This document shows, one piece after another, positions 24,379-31,829 of a stretch of DNA of 64,000 nt. The DNA lies in contig JAPPBA010000039.1 of NCBI GenBank assembly GCA_026705295.1, positions 3,504-67,503 of the forward strand, given 5' to 3'. The translations under genes were made by a program, and so were the position numbers. Under the pieces are notes generated by a model. The model made no database searches, had not been told where the DNA came from, and worked only from the letters and a program-made list of their open reading frames with translations. This stretch comes from Candidatus Palauibacter australiensis (GTDB taxonomy: Bacteria > Gemmatimonadota > Gemmatimonadetes > Palauibacterales > Palauibacteraceae). Each line of letters begins with the position of its first letter. Position 1 is the first letter of the stretch.

Positions 24379-24397
24379 GAGCCCGCGAACGGGTTTT
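24379..24397 (+). terminator. Small hairpin with T-rich 3' side after valS (weak terminator candidate)
   Basis: 'gagcccg cgaa cgggttt': a short GC stem, a cgaa tetraloop and a 'tttt' run at 24394-24397, which is rare in this GC-rich sequence. Confidence 0.3.
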
Positions 24398-24431
24398 CGA
24401 CCTCGTCGCCGACGGAAGGCTCCTCTCGGCG

Positions 24432-25889
24432 GTGATGGCTTTCCTCATCATGCTGGCATGTGCGAGGGAGATGCCTCCGCCCGGTGCGCGGCCCGATGAG
24501 GTCCCGCCTCACATCGTCCGTATCCGTCCCGCGCCGGATGCGACGGTCGTCGACTTCGACGGGGCGCTCGAGATCCGTTTCAGCGAGCCCGTGCGGATAC
24601 CGAACGGTCTCGCCAGGGAGATGTTCGTCAGCCCGATGGAGACGTATGAGGCCCAGACGGGATTCTCCGATCTGCGTCTCCGGCCGGAGGACGGGTGGCG
24701 GGACAGCGTCGCGTACTGCTTCACGATTCCGACCGATGGGATCAACGACCTTCTGCGCAACGGAATGGAAGAACCGGTCGAGTTCTGCTTTTCCACGGGA
24801 GGTGAGATCCCGGACACCCGGGTCGAGGGAGAGGTGATCGACGCGCTCACCGCGCAACCGCTGGAGGAGGCCCGCGTCATCTTCTGGGCCGGTCCGGATT
24901 CCATCCCGTACGGCGCGATCTCGGACAGCGCCGGCAGGTTCGTCACGCGCGGGTTGCCGCCGGGCGAGTACCAGGCCTTCGGTTTCGTCGACCGCAATCG
25001 CAACATGATTCCGGATCGCGTGCTGGAGTCCTACGACAGCGCGTCGGTGGCGGCATCGCCGGAGACGCCAACGGAGTTGAGGTTCGTCGTCGTGGCGCCG
25101 GATACGACGCCGCCGCTGCTGGCTCGCGCGCTCGTCGTGGGAAGCGAGACCGTGCAGCTCGAATTCGATGACTATCTACTCAATCCCCAACCGGAGGAGC
25201 CCGGTATCGCGATTCGGGACTCGGCGACGAACGAAACGCTGGAAATCGTGGCCAGCCTCATCGGTTCGGCCGATGAGGTGACGTTCCCTCTCGACTCCGC
25301 GGCGCTCGCGGACTCCATCGCGGCGGCGGACTCCGTCGCAACGGCGGATTCCGCGGCCGTCGCCGACTCGGCGGCGATCGGCGACCCCGCGGCGGTCGAG
25401 GCGCCGAGCCCGGATTCCGCCGGCGCCGCGGCCTCTGACTCCGTCGCGGAAGAGGATCCCGTGCTTCCGTCGAGGTTCATCACGGTGCGGCTCGGGGCGG
25501 CGCTCGACTCGGGGACATACCGGGTTTCTGTCACGGGCGTCGTGAACCTGCGCGGTCTCACGGGAGGCGGTGATACATCCTTTGTGGCCGAGCCCGAGCC
25601 CCCGTCCGCCGACTCGGCCGCGGCCGCCGACTCGGTCGCCGCAGCGGATTCGACGGTTGCCGAGGGCGATTCCGTCGTCGTGGAGCAGGATTCGGTGCCG
25701 CCGGCGCCCGACAGTCTCGACATACCGGCAATCCCGCCGGCCACGGCCGGGGCGCCGCCGGACACCGTTGGGGCGCCACCCGACACGGTCGGGGTGCCTC
25801 CGGACACGGCCGGAGCGCCGCCGGACACGGTCGGGGCGCCGCCGGACACGGTCGGGGCGCCGCCGGATACGGTGCGAAGGCGCGCATGA
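24432..25889 (+). CDS. Lipoprotein with Ig-like and carboxypeptidase-regulatory-like domains and repetitive A/D/S and GAPPDTV tails
   Basis: Short lipobox N-terminus 'MMAFLIMLAC'. 'IVRIRPAPDATVVDFDGALEIRFSEPV' looks like an SbsA-type Ig-like domain. 'VEGEVIDALTAQPLEEARVIF...SDSAGRFVTRGLPPGEYQ' looks like CarboxypepD_reg. There are two ADSxAx repeat blocks and six C-terminal GAPPDTV repeats. Confidence 0.65.
   Translation: MMAFLIMLACAREMPPPGARPDEVPPHIVRIRPAPDATVVDFDGALEIRFSEPVRIPNGLAREMFVSPMETYEAQTGFSDLRLRPEDGWRDSVAYCFTIPTDGINDLLRNGMEEPVEFCFSTGGEIPDTRVEGEVIDALTAQPLEEARVIFWAGPDSIPYGAISDSAGRFVTRGLPPGEYQAFGFVDRNRNMIPDRVLESYDSASVAASPETPTELRFVVVAPDTTPPLLARALVVGSETVQLEFDDYLLNPQPEEPGIAIRDSATNETLEIVASLIGSADEVTFPLDSAALADSIAAADSVATADSAAVADSAAIGDPAAVEAPSPDSAGAAASDSVAEEDPVLPSRFITVRLGAALDSGTYRVSVTGVVNLRGLTGGGDTSFVAEPEPPSADSAAAADSVAAADSTVAEGDSVVVEQDSVPPAPDSLDIPAIPPATAGAPPDTVGAPPDTVGVPPDTAGAPPDTVGAPPDTVGAPPDTVRRRA
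25308..25397 (+). repeat. Degenerate 18-bp (ADSxAx) in-frame repeat block 1
   Basis: Encodes 'ADSIAA ADSVAT ADSAAV ADSAAI GDPAAV'. Confidence 0.7.
25608..25697 (+). repeat. Degenerate 18-bp (ADSxAx) in-frame repeat block 2
   Basis: Encodes 'ADSAAA ADSVAA ADSTVA EGDSVV VEQDSV'. It starts exactly 300 nt after block 1. Confidence 0.7.
25749..25874 (+). repeat. Six tandem 21-bp in-frame repeats (GAPPDTV heptapeptide)
   Basis: Units begin at 25749, 25770, 25791, 25812, 25833 and 25854. The consensus is 'ggggcgccgccggacacggtc', and units 4-6 are nearly identical at DNA level. Confidence 0.9.
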
Positions 25890-27262
25890 GGGACCCGCGC
25901 CGCCGGCTCCCCTCCATGGACGCACTCCTCAGGGAGTCCGAAGTCGCCGTCTGGATCGATCGCTACGGCCGCGAAACGGTCAAAGACTCGCTCCGCCGGG
26001 TCCTGGACCGCACCCGCGCGGAAGGCGGTGCGGAGCCGTCCGTTCCGGTCGATCTCCTTCGGGTCGCGGAACGCGATCTGGAGGCGCGAGCCCGGCCCTC
26101 GCTTCGGCGGACGCTCAACGGAACCGGCATCGTGCTCCACACCAACCTCGGCCGGGCGCCGCTCGCCGACGCTGCGGGTCGCGCCCAGGCGGAGGCCGCG
26201 GCTTACGGGAATGTCGAGCTCTCCCTCGCGACGGGCCGCCGCGGCTCCAGGTACGATCACTGCGGCGAAATCGTCTGTGAACTAACGGGTGCGGGCGCGG
26301 CGATCATCGCGAACAACAACGCAGCGGCCGTGTCGCTCGTCGTGAACGAACTGGCACGGGGCCGCGAGGTGCTCGTGTCGCGCGGGGAACTGGTCGAAAT
26401 CGGAGGCACGTTCAGGATCCCCGATGTCGTGGAACGGAGCGGCGGCCGGTTGAGAGAGGTCGGCACGACGAACCGGACGAGAGTGTCCGACTACGCGGCG
26501 GCCATCGACGAATCGACCGGGCTCATTCTGCGGGTCCACCCCTCGAACTACCGGGTCGAGGGGTTCTCGGCGCGCCCGGAGCTCCCGGCACTGGTTGCTC
26601 TCGCGCGGGAGCGCGCGATCCCGCTCGCGCACGATCTCGGCTCCGGGTTGCTCGATGCGGATCTCCTGCCGGGATTCCCGGAGGGGCCCACCGCCCGGGG
26701 GTCGCTGGCCGCGGGCGTCGACCTCGCGACCTGGAGCGGCGACAAGCTCCTCGGGGGCCCGCAGGCCGGGATCATCGCGGGCGACGCGGCGTTGATCGGG
26801 CGGCTGCGCCGGAATCCGCTGCTGCGGGCGTTCCGGGTGGACAAGACGACGCTCGCCGCCCTCGAAGCCACGCTGATGCTGTACCGCGACCCGGATCTCG
26901 CCGTCCGGCGCGTGCCGGTGCTGCGGATGCTTCGCGAACCGGCGGAGGCGGTCGAAGTCCGAGCGGCCGCCGCGCGCCCCGATCCTCCACAGCGAAGCGG
27001 CGCGCGCGTCGACGTGATCCGGACCGAAGCGATGGTCGGAGGGGGCGCCTTTCCGGGGTTCGCGATTCCTTCGGCGGGGTGGGCCGTGACGGGGGTCGAC
27101 GTCGAGCGGCTCGCGGTGGAGTGCCGCGCCGGCCCGGTCCCGCTCATCGGCCGTATCGAGCGTGCGGCGTTCATCGTCGATATGCGGACGCTCCCCGGCG
27201 AGGAAACGGCCAGGGCCGCGGAAGCTCTCGCCGCGGCGCTCAACCGGCTTGCCGATGTCTGA
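25886..27262 (+). CDS. selA: L-seryl-tRNA(Sec) selenium transferase
   Basis: 'LNGTGIVLHTNLGRAPL', 'NNNAAAVSLV', 'ELVEIGGTFRIPDV', the PLP-lysine motif 'SGDKLLGGPQAGII', and 'RAFRVDKTTLAALEATL'. ATG overlaps the upstream stop. Confidence 0.9.
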   Translation: MRDPRRRLPSMDALLRESEVAVWIDRYGRETVKDSLRRVLDRTRAEGGAEPSVPVDLLRVAERDLEARARPSLRRTLNGTGIVLHTNLGRAPLADAAGRAQAEAAAYGNVELSLATGRRGSRYDHCGEIVCELTGAGAAIIANNNAAAVSLVVNELARGREVLVSRGELVEIGGTFRIPDVVERSGGRLREVGTTNRTRVSDYAAAIDESTGLILRVHPSNYRVEGFSARPELPALVALARERAIPLAHDLGSGLLDADLLPGFPEGPTARGSLAAGVDLATWSGDKLLGGPQAGIIAGDAALIGRLRRNPLLRAFRVDKTTLAALEATLMLYRDPDLAVRRVPVLRMLREPAEAVEVRAAAARPDPPQRSGARVDVIRTEAMVGGGAFPGFAIPSAGWAVTGVDVERLAVECRAGPVPLIGRIERAAFIVDMRTLPGEETARAAEALAAALNRLADV

Positions 27263-27923
27263 CGCCGTGCGGATCGCGGTCCTCGCGTCGGGAGGCGGTT
27301 CCAACTTCCAGGCGCTCGTTGACCGCTTCCACCGCGCAGACGTTCCCGACCGCGAGATCGCTGGCGTGATCGCCAGCCGCGAGGGAGCCGGCGTCCTCGA
27401 GCGGGCGCGCCGGATCGGGGTGGCATCGGCGGTCTCGCCGCCGGTATCGACGAGTGACGAACTGGCGACGTTCCTACGCCGCACGCTGGACGAATGGCGA
27501 AGCGACATCGTGGTCCTGGCCGGTTACATGAAACTGGTGCCCGAGTCCCTCGTGCGGGCCTGGTGGGGACGGATCCTGAACATCCATCCCGCGCTTCTGC
27601 CTTCGTTCGGAGGCCAGGGGATGTACGGCGCCCGCGTGCACCGGGCGGTCATCGAGGCCGGCGTCCGGATCACCGGAGCGACCGTCCACTTCGTTGACGA
27701 GGCGTACGACCGGGGGCCGGTCCTGTGCCAGTGGCCCGTACCCGTGCTCGCGGGCGATACTCCGGAATCCGTCGCCGCCCGCGTGCTTAAGGTCGAGCAC
27801 CGGATCCTGCCCGCGGCGGTCGAAGCGCTGGCTTCGGGGGCGGTCCGGCTGGAGGCGGACCGCCGGGTCCACTGGGTTCGCGAATGGTTCGAGACGGAGA
27901 CGTTCACCAACCGGGAAGGATGA
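27255..27923 (+). CDS. purN: Phosphoribosylglycinamide formyltransferase
   Basis: 'IAVLASGGGSNFQAL', 'VLAGYMKLV', 'ILNIHPALLPSFGG', 'TGATVHFVDEAYDRGP'. ATG 27255 overlaps the selA end by 8 nt. Confidence 0.9.
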   Translation: MSDAVRIAVLASGGGSNFQALVDRFHRADVPDREIAGVIASREGAGVLERARRIGVASAVSPPVSTSDELATFLRRTLDEWRSDIVVLAGYMKLVPESLVRAWWGRILNIHPALLPSFGGQGMYGARVHRAVIEAGVRITGATVHFVDEAYDRGPVLCQWPVPVLAGDTPESVAARVLKVEHRILPAAVEALASGAVRLEADRRVHWVREWFETETFTNREG

Positions 27924-27929
27924 GTGGGA

Positions 27930-29519
27930 ATGCCGACTGCGCTCGTGAGCGTTTCGGACAAGTCGGGAATCGAGGAATTCTGTGCGGGATTGATCGCTCG
28001 GGGCTGGGAGATCGCATCCACGGGCGGGACGATGCGGGCGCTGCGCGCGGCGGGGCTCGAGGTCCGCGGCGTGAGCGACCTCACCGGCCATCCGGAGATG
28101 CTCGGCGGTCGCGTGAAGACGCTCCACCCGAGGGTGCACGGCGGGATCCTCGCCCGGCGCGAGGTACCGGACGATCTGGATCAACTCGCCGCGCACGGCA
28201 TGGTTCCGATCGACCTCGTGGCCGTGAACCTGTACCCCTTCCGCGAGACCGTGGCCGACGGGGACGTGAAGCTCGGGGAAGCGCTGGAGCAGATCGACAT
28301 CGGCGGCCCGACGATGCTCCGGGCGTCGGCAAAGAACCATCCATCCGTCTGGTCGGTCTGCGACCCGGCCGACTACGGGCGCGTGCTCGAGGCCATCGAT
28401 GCCGGGGACGCGCCGCAGACGGCGGAGCTGCGGCGTGAGCTGGCGGTGAAGGTGTTCGGGCACACCGCGGCCTACGACGCGGCGATCACGCGCTACCTGA
28501 CCCAGCTTGACGGCGCGGAGGGTTCGCCGGACCTCCCGGCGGGGGAGACCGTCCTCCCGCTCGACCGCGTGCAACCGCTACGGTACGGGGAGAACCCGGA
28601 CCAGAAGGCCGCCTTCTTCCGCGACGGATCCGGTCCGCTGCGCGGGATTCCCGCGCTCGCGCAACTCCACGGGCGGGAACTCTCGTTCAACAACATTCTC
28701 GATGTGGACGGGGCCCTCACGGCGATCGCGCCCTTCGTGTCCGGAGAGCGCGCCGCCTGCGCGATCCTCAAGCACTCGACGCCGTGCGGCCTCGCCGTCG
28801 GCGCGTCCCCGCTGGAGGCCTACGAGAAGGCGCTCGCCTGCGATCCCGTTTCGGCGTTCGGCTCGGTCATCGCCTTCACGGATCCACTCACGGAGGTTGT
28901 CGCGGAAGCCCTCTCGCGGAACTTCGTGGAGTGCGTCGTGGCGCCGGAATACTCGGAGGAGGCGCTCCGCCTCCTGCGGGCGAAGAAGAACATCCGGATT
29001 CTGAAGCCCGGGGCGGGCTCGGCGCTGGACGCGGGCGGCCATCTGCGGGAAGGGGTCGAGGTGCGCGGCGTCCGCGGCGGGGTTCTGATGCAGGCGGCCC
29101 CGCGCCCGGCACGCGAGGTGGATCGGGAGGCGCACGTCCCCACGGCGCGGGCCCCGAGCGACGCGGAATGGGACGATCTCGCGTTCGCCTGGTCCGCGGT
29201 GCAGAGCGTGAAGTCGAACGCGATCCTGCTGGTGCGCGATGGAGCGTCGATCGGGATCGGCGCGGGCCAGATGAGCCGCGTCGACTCGGTGGAGATCTCG
29301 ATCCGCAAGGCCCGGGCGCAGGGGTTCGACGTGGCGGGCGCCGTCCTCGGGTCGGACGCGTTCTTCCCCTTCCGCGACGGCATCGATGCGGCGGCGGGCG
29401 CGGGAGTGACGGCGATCGCGCAGCCGGGCGGGTCGAAGCGCGATGCGGAGGTCATCGAGGCCGCGAACGAGCACGGCATGGCGATGGTTTTCACCGGACG
29501 GCGGCTCTTCCGGCACTAG
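27930..29519 (+). CDS. purH: Bifunctional AICAR formyltransferase / IMP cyclohydrolase
   Basis: 'ALVSVSDKSGIEEF', 'STGGTMRAL', 'GGRVKTLHPRVHGGIL', and the C-terminus 'MVFTGRRLFRH'. The start could also be GTG 27924. Confidence 0.95.
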   Translation: MPTALVSVSDKSGIEEFCAGLIARGWEIASTGGTMRALRAAGLEVRGVSDLTGHPEMLGGRVKTLHPRVHGGILARREVPDDLDQLAAHGMVPIDLVAVNLYPFRETVADGDVKLGEALEQIDIGGPTMLRASAKNHPSVWSVCDPADYGRVLEAIDAGDAPQTAELRRELAVKVFGHTAAYDAAITRYLTQLDGAEGSPDLPAGETVLPLDRVQPLRYGENPDQKAAFFRDGSGPLRGIPALAQLHGRELSFNNILDVDGALTAIAPFVSGERAACAILKHSTPCGLAVGASPLEAYEKALACDPVSAFGSVIAFTDPLTEVVAEALSRNFVECVVAPEYSEEALRLLRAKKNIRILKPGAGSALDAGGHLREGVEVRGVRGGVLMQAAPRPAREVDREAHVPTARAPSDAEWDDLAFAWSAVQSVKSNAILLVRDGASIGIGAGQMSRVDSVEISIRKARAQGFDVAGAVLGSDAFFPFRDGIDAAAGAGVTAIAQPGGSKRDAEVIEAANEHGMAMVFTGRRLFRH

Positions 29520-29667
29520 GGTCCGCCGTGCGGGCCAGCACCCGCGTCGGGAGAAGGGTTGCGAAACACCAGGCGCCGGAACGGTTATATTGAGAGTACG
29601 CAACGCCGCAGGCGAAGCGGCCGGCGACCGGCGAGGGCTGGAGGCCGAACGGCAAGGGAGACTCCCC

Positions 29668-30699
29668 ATGGCGAACATTCATATTCCGCCCGGCTGGCGG
29701 CTCAAGGAGAGCGAAGCGACACCGGAGTCGGTGTACCTCGACCGGCGGCAGTTCGTGGCCCGCATGGGCGGGGGGGCGGTCCTTGCCGCGGCCTCGCTGG
29801 CATGCCGGCCGGGAGGGGCGGCGGAAGCTCAGCAGCGCGGCCCCCTCGACAACATCCCGGACACCCCGACCGCGGATCTCTATCCCGCGGCCGTGAACGA
29901 TCCGCGCTTCACGCCCGGCGACCGCCACAAGGAGGTTTCGCCCGAGGAGATCGTGGCCACGTACAACAACTTCTACGAGTTCGGCACGGACAAGGACGGC
30001 GTGTGGCGCAACGTGGGCCCGTTCGAAGCCCGTCCGTGGGCGCTGGAAGTCACGGGCCTCGTCGAGAACCCGGGCGTCTACGACCTCGTGGAGCTGGAAC
30101 GCGCCTTCCCGCTCGAGGAACGGATCTACCGGCACCGCTGCGTGGAGCGCTGGTCCGTCGTCGTGCCCTGGATCGGCTTCCCGCTCGCCCGGCTGCTGGA
30201 GCGGGTGCAGCCGCAGAACGATGCCCGCTACGTCGGCTTCGTGACATTCAACCGGCCGGAGCAGGCCTTCGGCCAGAAGACGCAGAGCTGGTACAAGTGG
30301 CCCTACTACGAAGGGCTTCGCATGGACGAGGCGATGAACGAACTCGCTTTCGTCGTGACGGGCATGTACGGCCATCCACTGCAGAAGCAGAACGGCGCTC
30401 CGGTCCGCATCCATGTGCCCTGGAAGTACGGATACAAGAGCCCCAAGAGCATCGTCCGCATCGACATCACCGACGAGATGCCGACGACCTTCTGGAACGA
30501 CCTCCAGCCGTCCGAGTACGGCTTCTATTCGAACGTGGACCCGGACGTGCCTCATCCCCGCTGGTCCCAGGCGCAGGAGGAGATCGTCGGCACGGGGCAA
30601 CGGGTTCCGACGCTCCCGTTCAACGGCTACGGCGAGTGGGTAGGAGAGCTCTACGACGGTCGCGTGACGCCGGTCGGAGACGTGCCGCACGCCCGCTGA
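29668..30699 (+). CDS. msrP: Protein-methionine-sulfoxide reductase catalytic subunit MsrP (YedY family molybdoenzyme)
   Basis: Tat motif 'DRRQFVARMGGGAVLAAASLA'; 'YNNFYEFGTDK', 'RHRCVERWSVVVPWIGFPL', 'NGAPVRIHVPWKYGYKSPKSIV'. Confidence 0.85.
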   Translation: MANIHIPPGWRLKESEATPESVYLDRRQFVARMGGGAVLAAASLACRPGGAAEAQQRGPLDNIPDTPTADLYPAAVNDPRFTPGDRHKEVSPEEIVATYNNFYEFGTDKDGVWRNVGPFEARPWALEVTGLVENPGVYDLVELERAFPLEERIYRHRCVERWSVVVPWIGFPLARLLERVQPQNDARYVGFVTFNRPEQAFGQKTQSWYKWPYYEGLRMDEAMNELAFVVTGMYGHPLQKQNGAPVRIHVPWKYGYKSPKSIVRIDITDEMPTTFWNDLQPSEYGFYSNVDPDVPHPRWSQAQEEIVGTGQRVPTLPFNGYGEWVGELYDGRVTPVGDVPHAR

Positions 30700-30721
30700 G
30701 GCTCCGGCGGGCGCGGCTTCC

Positions 30722-30750
30722 TTGACCCGCCCGCCGTCCCCGGCTAAAGT
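30722..30750 (+). promoter_or_regulatory. Candidate sigma70-type promoter for the cta operon
   Basis: TTGACC (30722-30727), a 17-nt spacer, then TAAAGT (30745-30750). This is a sequence match only. Confidence 0.4.
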
Positions 30751-30756
30751 CTCGCA

Positions 30757-30776
30757 GGCCCCGCGGTAGCGGGGCC
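30757..30776 (+). other. 8-bp all-GC hairpin, either at the predicted 5' end of the cta transcript or an msrP terminator
   Basis: 'ggccccgc' - ggta - 'gcggggcc'. It begins about 7 nt after the candidate -10 element. Confidence 0.4.
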
Positions 30777-30820
30777 CGAACCGAATCGAGATTTTCCCCG
30801 AAACACATATAGATAAGCCC

Positions 30821-31825
30821 TTGAGACGACGCGCGATCGCAGCGCTCGTGCTTTTCCTGGGGGTCCTGATCAGCCAGGGTTGCGGCGGTGAATATCCGCA
30901 ATCCGCACTGCACCCCAGTTCAGACTCCGCCACGCTCCTCGACCGGCTCTTCGACCAGATCTTCTGGTGGGCGGTCGGCGTGTTCGTCGTGGTGGAGGGC
31001 ATCCTCATCTACGTGTTCGTCCGCTTCAGGGAGCGGCCGGGCGACACGCGACCGAAGCAGGTCCACGGTCACCTCCTCCTCGAAGTGGGTTGGACGCTGG
31101 CGCCGGCGCTCATCCTCGTGGCGATCGCGATTCCGACCATGCGCGCCATCTTCATCATTGACCGGTCGACGCCGGATCCGGAGGCGCTCGTCATCGAGGT
31201 CATCGGCAAGCAGTGGTGGTGGGAATTCCGCTATCCGGAACTCGGGATCGTGACGGCGAACGAGGCGCACGTCCCGCTGGGCCGCACCGTCGACCTGAGG
31301 CTCCGTTCCGCGGATGTCATGCATTCGTTCTGGATTCCGCGCCTGGCCGGCAAACGCGACCTCGTGCCGGGGATCGAGAACCAGCTCTGGTTCCGGCCGG
31401 ACTCGGTCGGCGTGTACCACGGACAGTGCGCGGAGTTCTGCGGCACGGCGCACGCGCTCATGGGAATGCGCGTGATCGTGGACGAGCCCGGGGACTTCGA
31501 GCGCTGGGCCCGGGCGAACGCGGCGCCGGCTTCGACACCCGCGGCCGCGGAGGCGCGGGCGGGGCAGGGCGTGTTCATGGCGAACGCGTGCGTGAGCTGC
31601 CACGCGGTGAGAGGGACGCCGGCGACGGGGCAGTTCGGCCCGGACCTCACGCACTTCGGGAGCCGGCTCACGATCGCCTCGGGGGTGCTCGAGAACACGC
31701 CCGCGAACCTGGCGCGCTGGCTGGACTCCACCCAGCACGTGAAGCCCGGGAACCTGATGCCCGAAGTGGAGCTGAGCGACGCGCAGCTTCGGCAGCTCGT
31801 CGCCTACCTCGGGTCGCTCCGTTAG
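30821..31825 (+). CDS. ctaC: Cytochrome c oxidase subunit II with fused C-terminal cytochrome c domain (caa3 type)
   Basis: Lipobox 'VLFLGVLISQGC'; CuA site 'HSFWIPRLAGKRD...GQCAEFCGTAHALM'; heme c motif 'CVSCH'. The TTG start sits in an unusually AT-rich leader with no obvious Shine-Dalgarno sequence. Confidence 0.9.
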   Translation: MRRRAIAALVLFLGVLISQGCGGEYPQSALHPSSDSATLLDRLFDQIFWWAVGVFVVVEGILIYVFVRFRERPGDTRPKQVHGHLLLEVGWTLAPALILVAIAIPTMRAIFIIDRSTPDPEALVIEVIGKQWWWEFRYPELGIVTANEAHVPLGRTVDLRLRSADVMHSFWIPRLAGKRDLVPGIENQLWFRPDSVGVYHGQCAEFCGTAHALMGMRVIVDEPGDFERWARANAAPASTPAAAEARAGQGVFMANACVSCHAVRGTPATGQFGPDLTHFGSRLTIASGVLENTPANLARWLDSTQHVKPGNLMPEVELSDAQLRQLVAYLGSLR

Positions 31826-31829
31826 CGCC

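Noticed and set aside
25749-25874. Possibility that the 21-bp repeats are a CRISPR array.
   Set aside because: The repeats are directly adjacent with no spacers and only 21 bp long. They are in frame inside an ORF, and no cas genes are present.
29520-29667. Moco riboswitch or a clear promoter upstream of the molybdoenzyme gene msrP. The region contains AT-rich 'ggttatattgagagta', a TTGCGA hexamer and a 'gttgcg...cgcaac' inverted repeat.
   Set aside because: The spacing between TTGCGA and TATATT is 21 nt, too long for a sigma70 promoter. I cannot match the Moco motif consensus from memory. A cmsearch with the Rfam Moco model would be needed.
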